From an uncultured archaeon (lineage in GTDB: Archaea; Hadarchaeota; Hadarchaeia; Hadarchaeales; WYZ-LMO6), in assembly GCA_938074535.1 (NCBI GenBank), contig CALJER010000015.1:1544-65543 (forward strand): a stretch of 64,000 bases of DNA. The letters run 5' to 3'. Below, piece after piece: positions 55,476-64,000 of the stretch. Below the pieces are notes generated by a model. That model was not told the origin of the DNA. It was given only the letters and a program-made list of their open reading frames with translations, and did no database searches. How positions within the stretch are numbered: the first letter of the stretch is position 1; every line of letters begins with the position of its first letter. A program made the translations under genes and the position numbers.

Positions 55476-55868
55476 GTGGAAGTGAAATCCTTCCTGGACC
55501 GAAGGAACCTCTTCGCCGTGGTGGGGGCCAGCGCCAATCCCAAGAAGTACGGATACCAGGTCTACCGGGACTTGAAGGAGGCCGGGTTTTCCGTTTTTCC
55601 CGTCAATCCCCACCTGAGAGAGCTGCTGGGGGAGAAGTGCTATCCCTCCCTCAGGGAGCTCCCCCGGAGACCTGAGGTGGTGGTGACGGTGGTCCCGCCG
55701 AGGGCAACCGAGAAGGTGGTGAGGGAGTGCGCGGAGCTGGGGATAGGCAGAGTTTGGATGCAGCCAGGGTCGGAGTCTGAGGAGGCCATAGCCTTCTGCA
55801 GGAAGAAGGGGGTGGAGGTGGTGCATGGGGCCTGCCTGATGGTGCAGAGAAGAAAGCTGGGCCCCTAA
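55476..55868 (+). CDS. CoA-binding domain protein (YccU/YneT-like).
   Basis: FAVVGASANPKKYGYQVYRDLKEAGFSVFPVNP Rossmann-like CoA-binding signature. Confidence 0.7.
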   Translation: MEVKSFLDRRNLFAVVGASANPKKYGYQVYRDLKEAGFSVFPVNPHLRELLGEKCYPSLRELPRRPEVVVTVVPPRATEKVVRECAELGIGRVWMQPGSESEEAIAFCRKKGVEVVHGACLMVQRRKLGP

Positions 55869-56296
55869 GAGGGCCGCCACGTGCGAAGAGTTTGCTGGGC
55901 GGGCACGTAGATCACGGTTACGGTGTCCCCCTTCCCCACGCTCACGGGAAGCTCCAGCCTGGCCCCCGGGCCGAAGTCCACCATCCCCGTGGTGAGGCCC
56001 CCCACCCTGGCCCCCCCGGTCACGCTCAGGTTCTCCCCGTTCAGCTTCACCACCAGGTTCAGCCAGGTGACCGCCCCGTTGTACAGCTTGAAGGCCTTCG
56101 GCACGGCGTCCCCGCCCAGGTGTTCCACCTCTATCCCCCCGCCCACCTGCCTTACCTCCAAGAAGCAGGTTATGGGGGGGGTGGGGGCGGGGGAGCGCAG
56201 GTAGGCATAGACGTAGACGGCGAAAGCCATCACCACCAGCAGAAGGAGGCTGAGGGTGGCGATGAGGGGGGAGACCCCCTTTTCACTCCTGTCCAC
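55865..56296 (-). CDS. Archaeal type IV pilin-like protein (class III signal peptide, DUF1628-like).
   Basis: [27 protein letters not shown]: K-G-V-S-P-L-I-A-T prepilin peptidase site plus hydrophobic helix. Confidence 0.55.
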   Translation of the reverse strand: MDRSEKGVSPLIATLSLLLLVVMAFAVYVYAYLRSPAPTPPITCFLEVRQVGGGIEVEHLGGDAVPKAFKLYNGAVTWLNLVVKLNGENLSVTGGARVGGLTTGMVDFGPGARLELPVSVGKGDTVTVIYVPAQQTLRTWRPS

Positions 56297-57074
56297 GATA
56301 TCCCTCCTCTCCCAGGTCTAACTCCGTCTCCGCCCCGAAGAGCCTTTCCACGGATGCCTGAAGCTCGAGGATACCCTCGTTTCGAAGGGGGGAGACCATC
56401 TGGAGGGTGGTGGGCATGCCCACCGCGGAGAGGGCCGAGAGCAGTCCTCTGGCCACCTCCCTCCTCAGTCCCCTCGCCTCGGCCTCCACCTCCGAGGACA
56501 GGTAGTCCGGATCTTCCATCCACCTCTCCACCCTCTCCAGCTCTTCGGGCTGGAGGAGATCGACCTTGGTGAGCACGTTGAGCTGGGGCAGACCGAACCT
56601 GGTGTGCACGGAAGTGGCAAGCGTGAGCATGGAGACGAAGTCGGTGGGGCTGCGGGCGAAGAAGGAATCCACCAGGAAGAGAATGGCGGCCCTCCCCCCC
56701 AGCCCCCTCACCACCCTTACCCCCGTATCCCTGAAGGCGAAGAGCTCGAGCTGTCCTGGGGTGTCCACCAGCACGTAGTCCGGTCCCCAGGAGGAAATCA
56801 GTTCCTCGAACTCCGGGAGATGGTTGAGGGTGAGGTTGACGGAGGCCAGGAGGGCGCCGTTGGGCCCCAGTCGGTACTCCTCCATCACCTCCGCCAGCGT
56901 GATCCTCGTTCTCACATCCACTTCAGGGGTGTAGGGGAGCCAGTCGGCCCCTGGGTCCAGGTTGAGGGGGAGGACCTTCTGCTGCTGGCTAAGGAGGTCG
57001 AGCATGGAGGAGAGGAGGGTGGACTTTCCGCTTCCTGCAGGACCCAGGAGATAAACGAACTTGGTTTTTTCCAT
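56283..57074 (-). CDS. GPN-loop GTPase (XAB1/Npa3 family).
   Basis: [14 protein letters not shown]-loop and LGPNGAL GPN motif. ATG 57074; the listed ORF to 57476 is read-through. Confidence 0.8.
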   Translation of the reverse strand: MEKTKFVYLLGPAGSGKSTLLSSMLDLLSQQQKVLPLNLDPGADWLPYTPEVDVRTRITLAEVMEEYRLGPNGALLASVNLTLNHLPEFEELISSWGPDYVLVDTPGQLELFAFRDTGVRVVRGLGGRAAILFLVDSFFARSPTDFVSMLTLATSVHTRFGLPQLNVLTKVDLLQPEELERVERWMEDPDYLSSEVEAEARGLRREVARGLLSALSAVGMPTTLQMVSPLRNEGILELQASVERLFGAETELDLGEEGYRGQE

Positions 57075-57191
57075 CTCTACCCCTTCGCCCCCCACCACAT
57101 GAAGCTTTCGGGACCTTAAAGGCGTGCAATTTAAATATTTCGAAAAACTTAAATATAGAAACAGGACCGGCGCGGGGTCGGAGGTGGAGGA

Positions 57192-57431
57192 ATGAGGAGG
57201 GTGGGAAGGTTGCTGCACAGGACCCCCAGGGGGCTGGTGGCCAAGCTGGAGAGCCCCCAGAAGCTGGGAGAGGTCCTGCTGGTGAGGGGGAGGGGGGAGG
57301 TGGGCAGGATCCAGGACCTTTTTGGTCCCGTCTCCGGCCCCTATGCCCTGATCCGACCCAGCAAGGGCCTGGAGGAGAAGAGATGGGAGGACCTGCTGGG
57401 GAAAGAGCTCTACGTGGAGGTGAGGAAATGA
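57192..57431 (+). CDS. gar1: H/ACA ribonucleoprotein subunit Gar1.
   Basis: 79 aa, ...[42 protein letters not shown]... A/T-rich divergent promoter region 57105-57160 upstream. Confidence 0.8.
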   Translation: MRRVGRLLHRTPRGLVAKLESPQKLGEVLLVRGRGEVGRIQDLFGPVSGPYALIRPSKGLEEKRWEDLLGKELYVEVRK

Positions 57432-58375
57432 CGGCCGAGCAGGAGGCGGAGGAAAAGCCCAAGAGGAGGACCTCATGTCCCAGCTGCGGGGGGACCAGCC
57501 TGGTGCGGGACTATGAGCACGGAGAGCTGGTGTGTGCAGGCTGCGGCTACGTGATAGCGGAGAGGATCATGGACCTGGGGCCGGAGTGGAGAGCTTTCGA
57601 CCAGGAGCAGAGAGACAAGAGGGGAAGGGTGGGTGCACCCATGACCTTCACCATCCACGATAAGGGTCTCTCCACCATGATAGACTGGAGGGACAGGGAC
57701 TCCTACGGGAAGGATCTGACGCCCAAGCGCAGGGCGCAGATCTACAGGCTGCGCAAATGGCAGCGCAGGATAAGGGTTTCCGATGCCATAGAGAGAAACC
57801 TGGCCTTCGCCCTCTCGGAGATAGACCGAATGGCCTCCCATCTAAGCCTTCCCAAGAACGTGCGCGAGACCGCGGCCGTGATCTACAGGAGGGCGGTGGA
57901 GGAGAAGCTGATAAGGGGAAGATCGATAGAGGGCGTGGCGGGAGCAGCCCTCTACGCCGCCTGCAGGGAGTGCAAGGTGCCCAGAACCCTGGACGAAATA
58001 GCCGATGTGTCCAGGGTCAGCAAGAAGGAGATAAGCCGCAGCTACAGGTTCATAGCGAGGGAACTGCTCATTCACCTCCACCCCACCTCCCCCGCGGATT
58101 ACGTCCCGAGGTTTGCCAGCGAGCTGGGCCTCAGCGGTGAGGTCCAGTCCAAGGCCATAGAGATCCTGAAGGAGGCCGTGGAGAAAGGCCTGACCTCCGG
58201 CAGGGGGCCCACGGGGGTAACGGCGGCTGCCATCTACATCGCCGCCCAGATGCTGGGGGAGAGGAGGACCCAGAGGGAGGTGGCGGACGTGGCCAGGGTC
58301 ACGGAGGTCACGGTGAGGAACAGGTACAAGGAGCTCTGCGAGAGGTTGGGCTTCAACTGCGAGAAGCTGGGTTAA
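57428..58375 (+). CDS. tfb: Transcription initiation factor IIB (TFB).
   Basis: N-terminal zinc ribbon CPSCGG...CAGCGY and two cyclin-fold repeats. ATG 57428 overlaps the Gar1 stop; Gar1-TFB linkage is a conserved archaeal arrangement. Confidence 0.9.
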   Translation: MTAEQEAEEKPKRRTSCPSCGGTSLVRDYEHGELVCAGCGYVIAERIMDLGPEWRAFDQEQRDKRGRVGAPMTFTIHDKGLSTMIDWRDRDSYGKDLTPKRRAQIYRLRKWQRRIRVSDAIERNLAFALSEIDRMASHLSLPKNVRETAAVIYRRAVEEKLIRGRSIEGVAGAALYAACRECKVPRTLDEIADVSRVSKKEISRSYRFIARELLIHLHPTSPADYVPRFASELGLSGEVQSKAIEILKEAVEKGLTSGRGPTGVTAAAIYIAAQMLGERRTQREVADVARVTEVTVRNRYKELCERLGFNCEKLG

Positions 58376-58469
58376 CCGTGGCGCGGGAGCCGCTGTATTG
58401 GCCGGTATATATCCCGCTGCGGAGTCGATAGGGTTAAATAGAGCGAGGGAAGGGGGGGAAGGTGAAAAC

Positions 58470-58832
58470 TTGGGAAAGGTAGCGGACGGATGGAAGAAGG
58501 CGGCTGAGATAGCCAACACTATGGAGCCGGCCAGGCAGGCGCTGAAAGCGTGGGGCAACAAGGCGGTGCAGTTCGTGGTGGAGGGGGAGGATCCCAAGGA
58601 GTTCTACCTGGAGGCCAAGGACGGGGTGGCAAGCTTCCATGTGGGGAGACACCCCAGTCCAGCCTTCACCATGGTGGGGAACGCGGACATCATGTGGAAG
58701 CTGCTGACGAGGGAGGAGGACGCCGTTAAGGCGTTCATGGCCAAGAAGTACGCCGTGCAGGGTTCCCTGGCCGAGTCCATAAAGTTCAGGAAGATCTTGG
58801 AGGAAGTGGGCAGGAACGTCAGCCTCGTGTAG
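58470..58832 (+). CDS. SCP2 (sterol-carrier-protein-2) domain protein, tandem copy 1.
   Basis: 120 aa; FMAKKYAVQGSLAESIKF C-terminal SCP2 signature. TTG start; ttaaatag TATA 29 nt upstream. Confidence 0.7.
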   Translation: MGKVADGWKKAAEIANTMEPARQALKAWGNKAVQFVVEGEDPKEFYLEAKDGVASFHVGRHPSPAFTMVGNADIMWKLLTREEDAVKAFMAKKYAVQGSLAESIKFRKILEEVGRNVSLV

Positions 58833-58852
58833 AGGCGGGCGGCAGCCTGCCC

Positions 58853-58860
58853 ATCCTTTT
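58853..58860 (+). terminator. Oligo-T archaeal terminator after SCP2 copy 1.
   Basis: ccttttttt run 20 nt past the stop. Confidence 0.5.
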
Positions 58861-58934
58861 TTTCGAGTTTTCATGGGGAGGGTGTTCCGGAGAAGGGTTA
58901 AATAAGGGAAAGGCGAAGGAGGAAAGGTGAAAAC

Positions 58935-59297
58935 TTGGGAGAAGTAGCTGAAGGCTGGAAGATGTTTGCGGAGCTGGCGAACCAGAACGAGGGTGCCAAG
59001 AAGCTGATGCAGGGCTGGGACAAGGTGGTGCAGTTCGTGGTGGACGGGGAGGATCCCAAGGAGTTCTACCTGGAGTTCAAGGGGGGACAGGTGACTTTCA
59101 ACGCGGGGAAGCACCCGAGCCCCGCTTTCACCATGATAGGGAACAAGGACATCATGTGGAAGCTACTGACGAGGGAGGAGGACGCCACCAGGGCTTTCAT
59201 GGCCAAGAAGTACAGCATCCAGGGCTCCCTTGCCGACGCCATGAAGTTCGGCAAGATCGGGCAGGAAGTGGCCAAGAGCGCCCCCAGTTTCAAGTAA
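58935..59297 (+). CDS. SCP2 domain protein, tandem copy 2.
   Basis: Same length (120 aa) and about 70% identical to copy 1; upstream about 40 nt including gggttaaata TATA also duplicated. Confidence 0.7.
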   Translation: MGEVAEGWKMFAELANQNEGAKKLMQGWDKVVQFVVDGEDPKEFYLEFKGGQVTFNAGKHPSPAFTMIGNKDIMWKLLTREEDATRAFMAKKYSIQGSLADAMKFGKIGQEVAKSAPSFK

Positions 59298-59320
59298 GCC
59301 CTCAACCGCGGCTCCGACCC

Positions 59321-59329
59321 ATATTTTTT
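59321..59329 (+). terminator. Oligo-T terminator (T8-9) after SCP2 copy 2.
   Basis: atattttttttctt immediately downstream of the stop. Confidence 0.5.
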
Positions 59330-59333
59330 TTCT

Positions 59334-60101
59334 TCAGTTCTTCTTCAGGGCCCTGACCCTTCTGACGAGTTCGGGGAGCACCCTGCCCGTCTTCCCCCTC
59401 ACCACCACCGAGGCGAACGCGTCCATGGGCGTGATTTCCTCGTTCACGATGAGAAGGTGGGCCCCTTTCTCCACCGCCATGGGGGGGAGAAAGTTGGCCG
59501 GGCTCACCGCCAGCGAGCTCCCCGCCACCAGCAGGAGATCGCACCTCCCCGCCAGTTCGAAGGCCCTTTCCAGGGCCTCCCTCGGTAGCTGCTCCCCGAA
59601 GAAGATCACGTTGGGCTTGAGGATCCCCCCGCAGGCATCGCACAGGGGGGGGATCTCCCCCTCCTGCACGAGCTTCGTCACCAGCACCTCTATCGGGGAG
59701 ATCCTGCCGCAGGAGAGGCACTTGCACTCCCTGAGGTTTCCGTGGAGCTCCACCACCTCCCTGGAGCCCGCCGCCTGGTGGAGGCCGTCTATGTTTTGGG
59801 TGATCACAGCCTTCAGGATGCCCATCTCCTCGAGCTGCGCCAGCGCCCTGTGTCCCTCGTTGGGCTCCGCGGTGAAAACGGAGAGGAACTCCGAGGCGGC
59901 ACGGTAGAAGCGTGAGGGGTCTTTGAGGAAGGAGGAAAGGGTGGCGAATTCAGAGGGATCGTACTTTGACCACAGGCCCCCCGGGGAGCGGAAGTCAGGT
60001 ATGCCCGACTCCGTGCTCACCCCAGCGCCCGTGAGGGCCACGGCGTAGCTGGAAGAGGAAAGGAGCTCGGCAGCCCTTCTCATCCCCTCCTCCCAGCCCA
60101 T
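59334..60101 (-). CDS. NAD-dependent protein deacylase, Sir2 family.
   Basis: GAGVSTESGIPDFR, zinc ribbon CLSCG...CDACGG, FGE and NxD motifs. Confidence 0.9.
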   Translation of the reverse strand: MGWEEGMRRAAELLSSSSYAVALTGAGVSTESGIPDFRSPGGLWSKYDPSEFATLSSFLKDPSRFYRAASEFLSVFTAEPNEGHRALAQLEEMGILKAVITQNIDGLHQAAGSREVVELHGNLRECKCLSCGRISPIEVLVTKLVQEGEIPPLCDACGGILKPNVIFFGEQLPREALERAFELAGRCDLLLVAGSSLAVSPANFLPPMAVEKGAHLLIVNEEITPMDAFASVVVRGKTGRVLPELVRRVRALKKN

Positions 60102-60179
60102 CTTCTCCCCTTTTTCCTTCCCTCCTTTAACCCTGCCGGACCGGCTCGCGAAGCTTTAGGAAAGCAGGGGGAACTCGGT

Positions 60180-61328
60180 ATGATGAAGACGGAGAGGGTG
60201 AGGGAGGGAAAGGTGGAGCTGGAGGTACCGGAGCTCTCGGGCTTCAGGGCCCCCTCCGGGGACTTCGTGCCTTCCCTCGCCCCCGTGTTCTACAACCCCC
60301 ACATGGAGCTGGGAAGGGACCTGGGGGTGGCGGCGGTCTCGGTCTTCAGCCGGAGGGTGGGGGGGAACCTCAGGATCTGCGACCCGCTCGCGGGTGTGGG
60401 GGCGAGGGGGCTGAGGTACGCGGCCGAGGTGGAGGGAGTGAGGGAGGTGGTGGTGAACGATGTGTCCGAGGAGGCCCATTCCCTTCTGCGCAGGAACGTG
60501 TCCCTCAACTCCCTCTCCAACGTGGTGGTGTGCAGGGAGGAAGCCCACCTCCTCCTCTGGGGGAACAGGAGGGGGTTTCAGGTGGTGGACCTTGACCCCT
60601 TCGGCTCCCCCTCCCCCTTCCTGGAGGCCTCCTGTGTCTCCCTCTCCGCTCCGGGGCTGCTTGCCCTCACCGCCACCGACACGGCCTGCTTGGCGGGCAC
60701 CTACCCCACAGCCTGCTTCAGGAAGTACGGGGCCCTTCCCCTCAGGACGGAGTACTCCCACGAACTTGGGCTCAGGATTCTGATAGGCCACTGCCAGAGG
60801 GTGGCGGGGGTTCACGGTCTCTCCCTCACCCCCCTTCTCTCCCACTCCACCCGCCATTACTTCAGGGTCTACCTTCTCGCCCGCAGGGGTGGGGTGAATT
60901 CCCTGCTCAGGGAGCAGGGATACCTCCTGGCCTGCGGGTGCGGGAGGAGATCCTCCTCCCGCAGGCCGGAGGGTGGGGTCTGCGAGTGCGGGAGGAGGAG
61001 AGAGGTCGCGGGACCAATGTGGCTGGGAAGGCTGTGGGAGAGGGAATTCGTGGAGGAAACCCTCCGGCAGGTGGAGGCTTCGGACTTCAGGCTCAGGTCG
61101 ACGGAGGCGAGAATGCTGAGGCTCTGCGCGGAGGAGGCAGAGGGTCCGCCCTTCTTCTACGACTCCCACTCCCTGGCCCGCAGGAAAGCCCTTTCCCCCC
61201 CGAGGCTGGAGAGGATTTTGGAGGGGTTGAGGAAAGGGGGCTACCTGGCCCTCCGCACCCACTTCTCCCCCACCGGGTTCAGGACGGACGCCCCCTTTGA
61301 GGAGATCGAGAAGCTCTTCAGGGGGTGA
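60180..61328 (+). CDS. trm1: tRNA (guanine26-N2)-dimethyltransferase Trm1.
   Basis: FYNPHMELGRDL, SAM-binding DPLAGVGARGL, and C-terminal Cys cluster. Confidence 0.9.
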   Translation: MMKTERVREGKVELEVPELSGFRAPSGDFVPSLAPVFYNPHMELGRDLGVAAVSVFSRRVGGNLRICDPLAGVGARGLRYAAEVEGVREVVVNDVSEEAHSLLRRNVSLNSLSNVVVCREEAHLLLWGNRRGFQVVDLDPFGSPSPFLEASCVSLSAPGLLALTATDTACLAGTYPTACFRKYGALPLRTEYSHELGLRILIGHCQRVAGVHGLSLTPLLSHSTRHYFRVYLLARRGGVNSLLREQGYLLACGCGRRSSSRRPEGGVCECGRRREVAGPMWLGRLWEREFVEETLRQVEASDFRLRSTEARMLRLCAEEAEGPPFFYDSHSLARRKALSPPRLERILEGLRKGGYLALRTHFSPTGFRTDAPFEEIEKLFRG

Positions 61329-61920
61329 GCCTCCTGTATCCCTTCCCTACCACATAGACCTCCGCGCTCCCCTTCCTGGAGGCGGGGGGCTTCGAGACTT
61401 TCGTGAACTCGAATCTTTTCCGGAAGTCCCGCAGAAAGTCCTCCAGTCCCTCCCCCTGAAAGACCTTTATCAGGGCTTTCCCCCCCTCCCTGAGCACTTT
61501 TTCCGCCAGGCGGAGGGCGGCCTCCGCCAGCTCCAGCGATCTGGCCTGGTCCACCTCCCGCACTCCGGAGATCCTGGGTGAGGCGTCGGAGAGGAGCACG
61601 TCCGCCTTTCTGGGAAGGTGGGAGAGGATGAGTTCGGCCGTGGAGGGGTCCAGGAGGTCCCCCAAAAGGGTGCGGACGTTGGACTCCCGGAAGGGTGGAA
61701 TGGGCTGGAGGTCTACCCCGAGCACGAAGCCCTCTCCGCCCACCTCCTCCCTGGCCACCTGCATCCATCCCCCGGGAGCCGCTCCCAGGTCCACCACCAC
61801 CTCCCCTCTGCGCAGGAGGGAGTAGCGGGAACTGAGCTGCTTCAGCTTGAAGGCAGACCTGGCCCTGTACCCCATCTTCCTGGCCATCCTGCGGTAGGCT
61901 TCCTCCCTCCTCCAGGCCAT
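61318..61920 (-). CDS. rlmE: Ribosomal RNA large-subunit 2'-O-methyltransferase RlmE (FtsJ).
   Basis: RSAFKLKQL, VVDLGAAPGGW, and DASP catalytic motifs. Confidence 0.85.
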   Translation of the reverse strand: MAWRREEAYRRMARKMGYRARSAFKLKQLSSRYSLLRRGEVVVDLGAAPGGWMQVAREEVGGEGFVLGVDLQPIPPFRESNVRTLLGDLLDPSTAELILSHLPRKADVLLSDASPRISGVREVDQARSLELAEAALRLAEKVLREGGKALIKVFQGEGLEDFLRDFRKRFEFTKVSKPPASRKGSAEVYVVGKGYRRLTP

Positions 61921-61924
61921 CGAC

Positions 61925-62380
61925 CTATCCTCCGGGGAGAGCTTCCCACCCCCGCTCGGGTCTGAGTCCTGCCTTCCTGAAGGCGCGGAGGACCCTCTCC
62001 GTGAGGAGCTGCCTGTCGGGATGGTAGAAGAGGTGGCTGGCGCAGCGGCAGTCGCTGGACCCGAACCCCTGCACCGAGGGGAGGTCGGCCAGCCCCTTCG
62101 CCACCCTGCATTCCTTCCTCACCCTGCTTCCGGCCTTTACCAGGTCCACCACTGCGGCCCTCATCCTCAGGTAGTCTATGTGCCAGTGCGAGGGTTTTTC
62201 CTTCACGAGGTGGCGCCGCACCCTCCTTCCCACCCCGGAGAGGGCGGAGCCCACGTAGGCGTAGTAACCCTCCCTGAAGCTCCTCACCCCCAGCTCCCCC
62301 ACCTTGAGCTGCAGGTCGAAGGGCACGTGCAGAATGAGGGCATAGGTTCCCCCCCGCATCCTCTCCCTACCGAGGGACAA
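61925..62380 (-). CDS. GIY-YIG-superfamily DUF123-like protein.
   Basis: GTYALILHV...GYYAYVGSA pattern reminiscent of DUF123/Uri nuclease fold. Confidence 0.5.
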   Translation of the reverse strand: MSLGRERMRGGTYALILHVPFDLQLKVGELGVRSFREGYYAYVGSALSGVGRRVRRHLVKEKPSHWHIDYLRMRAAVVDLVKAGSRVRKECRVAKGLADLPSVQGFGSSDCRCASHLFYHPDRQLLTERVLRAFRKAGLRPERGWEALPGG

Positions 62381-62410
62381 GGCTTAAGCCCCTCCCTCCC
62401 TTTTTCTTCT

Positions 62411-63109
62411 GTGGCGATAAAGAACGTGTTCGTGGACTACGACAACACCCTCCACGACTCCGATTCCAAGTTCGTGGCCCACTTTCAGGCGCCGGCCCTC
62501 GAGCTGGGGATTACGGGAAGGGAGCTCTGGAGGCTTTACCTCTTCGAGGTGCACAGGGACATGGTGCACAGGTGGTACCCGGAGAGGCACGACGACAGGG
62601 AGTTCCACTGCCTCCTGCTTTTTCAGAAGCTGGGAAGGCCCTACCGGAAAGATGTGGCTTCCCGGATTACCTCGGCCTTCGAGAGGGCCATGGAGGAGTG
62701 CTGGCGCACCCCCACCTTCTTCCCCGAGGCCTTCCGTTTCCTGGACGAGGTTTCGCGCAGGTACAGGCTGTTTCTCGCCACCTCCGAGAACGCGCTTCAG
62801 AAGGCCTCCTCCCTGGAGAGGGTGGGTGGCAGGAAGTACTTCCACTCCGTGCTCGGTGATCACAACGTGGGGATAAGGAAGACGGAGAGGGAGTACTACC
62901 TGAAGGCCCTCGAGCTGGCCGGGGCGAGGGCGGAGGAGAGCGTGATGGTGGGCGACAGCACGACCCACGACATCCAGCCCGCCCAGGAGGCGGGGATGAG
63001 GACGATATGGGTCAACAGGAGGGGGGAGGTCTTCCACGGCAGAAAGGACTGCGAGGTGAGGGATCTGGAGGAGGCCCTCCGGTGCCTCCTCGACCGTCAC
63101 CTTTTTTAA
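62411..63109 (+). CDS. HAD-superfamily hydrolase.
   Basis: VFVDYDNTL motif I (DxD), motif III/IV VGDSTTHD. GTG start 62411; the listed 362-aa ORF is mostly read-through. Confidence 0.75.
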   Translation: MAIKNVFVDYDNTLHDSDSKFVAHFQAPALELGITGRELWRLYLFEVHRDMVHRWYPERHDDREFHCLLLFQKLGRPYRKDVASRITSAFERAMEECWRTPTFFPEAFRFLDEVSRRYRLFLATSENALQKASSLERVGGRKYFHSVLGDHNVGIRKTEREYYLKALELAGARAEESVMVGDSTTHDIQPAQEAGMRTIWVNRRGEVFHGRKDCEVRDLEEALRCLLDRHLF

Positions 63110-63127
63110 ACGAAAATCGTAAAGAAA

Positions 63128-63418
63128 TTGATGCCCACCTACATCCTGCTGTCCATACTGACGGCTGAGGGGAGGAAGACCATCAGGGACAGGCCCAACC
63201 GCATTCTGGAGGTGAACAAGGAGATCGAAGGCTTTGGGGCCAAGGTGCTGAAGCAGTACGCCGTACTCGGTCCCTACGACTTCGTCAACATCGTGGAGGC
63301 CCCCAACAACGAAACGATAGCCCGCATCTCCATCGAGCTGGGTGCCAGGGGGACGCTCAAGGTGATGAGCCTCCCGGCCATACCCGTGGAGGAATTCATC
63401 GAGAAGATAAAGAAGTAG
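63128..63418 (+). CDS. GYD-domain protein.
   Basis: 96 aa; ...VLGPYDFVNIVEAPNNE... GYD family signature. Confidence 0.7.
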   Translation: MMPTYILLSILTAEGRKTIRDRPNRILEVNKEIEGFGAKVLKQYAVLGPYDFVNIVEAPNNETIARISIELGARGTLKVMSLPAIPVEEFIEKIKK

Positions 63419-63433
63419 TCCCCCTTCCCCTCT

Positions 63434-63441
63434 TTTTTTTC
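63434..63441 (+). terminator. Oligo-T (T8) terminator after the GYD gene.
   Basis: ctcttttttttcc 15 nt after the stop. Confidence 0.45.
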
Positions 63442-63446
63442 CACGG

Positions 63447-64000
63447 TCAGGGACAGAGGAGCTTTTTCTTCAGCCACTCCGCCGTGAACTCGACGGCAGT
63501 CCTCCTCCCTCCCTCCTGGGTGAACCTGTGGTCGGCCCCTTCCACCCACAGCAGCACTTTGGGCGGGAGGGCTTCCTCGAAGAGTTCGCACGAGTGGTGG
63601 GGGGGAACCAGTTCGTCCTTCGTTCCGTGCAGGAGGAGGAGGGGTGCCCTCACCCTGCGCACGGACTCGAGGAGGCGGTATTTCCTCGCATCCCCCGCCA
63701 GCTCCTCCAGTCCTTCCCCCTCCAGCAGGCTCTCCAGTCTGCTCGGCGTGGCCCAGGCAGCCAGGGCATGAATCCCTCCGTGGAGGGAGGAGAAGAGGAG
63801 GATCACGCACCCCCCGAGACTGCTCCCCATGAGTCCTATCCTCTCGTGGCCCAGGGAGCGGGCAAAGTTGACCATCTTCTTCAGGTCCTCTATCCTCTGG
63901 GTGAGAGTGGCCTGTTTCCCACCTTCTCCCATCCTCTGATTGAACCTGAGGGAGGGGAGTCCCCTTCGTCCGAGTTCTTCGGAGAGCTCGGTGTACTTGG
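63447..64000 (-). CDS. Alpha/beta-hydrolase (dienelactone hydrolase/esterase-like), N-terminus beyond window edge.
   Basis: GxSxG nucleophile elbow (LMGSSLGG), catalytic His near C-terminus (GADHRFT). Reading frame remains open to position 64000. Confidence 0.7.
   Translation of the reverse strand, partial: KYTELSEELGRRGLPSLRFNQRMGEGGKQATLTQRIEDLKKMVNFARSLGHERIGLMGSSLGGCVILLFSSLHGGIHALAAWATPSRLESLLEGEGLEELAGDARKYRLLESVRRVRAPLLLLHGTKDELVPPHHSCELFEEALPPKVLLWVEGADHRFTQEGGRRTAVEFTAEWLKKKLLCP

Noticed and set aside
1-64000. CRISPR arrays, insertion sequences, integrases.
   Set aside because: No regularly spaced direct repeats, no transposase/integrase-like ORFs and no terminal inverted repeats were found by eye. 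The only mobile-element-like signal is the tRNA-Arg/partial-repeat pair bounding the low-GC F430 block.

Overview
This window is a very GC-rich archaeal chromosome segment (most genes about 65-72% GC by eye). It has Glu/Arg/Leu-rich proteins, three tRNAs with genomically encoded or canonical ends, A/T-rich TATA-like promoters roughly 25-35 nt upstream of start codons, and oligo-T terminators. Housekeeping content includes an A1AO ATP synthase locus (atpHIKECFD on + ; atpAB inverted on -), a dapA-lysC-lysA lysine operon, adenylate kinase, and a large ribosomal-protein/secY/cmk/cbf5 block. It also carries S13-S4-S11-rpoD, Gar1-TFB, Trm1, RlmE, Sir2 and a GPN-loop GTPase. Three features stand out. 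(1) A 12-gene, tightly overlapping minus-strand supraoperon (hemA-hemB-hemL-hemC-cobA-hemD-cfbA-cfbE-cfbD-cfbC-cfbB) plus a convergent sirC encodes the route from glutamyl-tRNA through sirohydrochlorin to coenzyme F430. This 11.6 kb block has markedly lower GC (about 45-58%) and is bounded by a tRNA-Arg 3' end on one side and a 14/16 partial repeat of that tRNA end on the other, so it looks like an integrated island. (2) A second lower-GC module encodes a class III PHA synthase system (phaE-phaC-phaJ/maoC plus a phasin-like gene), which is unexpected in an F430-making, thermophile-like archaeon. (3) A CBS-domain protein is fused to an HPF/RaiA-like ribosome-hibernation domain, and there are two HDAC-family/LLM (F420-type) oxidoreductase gene pairs. 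No mcr genes, CRISPR arrays or recognisable transposases/integrases were seen. Many of the listed six-frame ORFs are antisense or alternative-frame artefacts of the high GC content.
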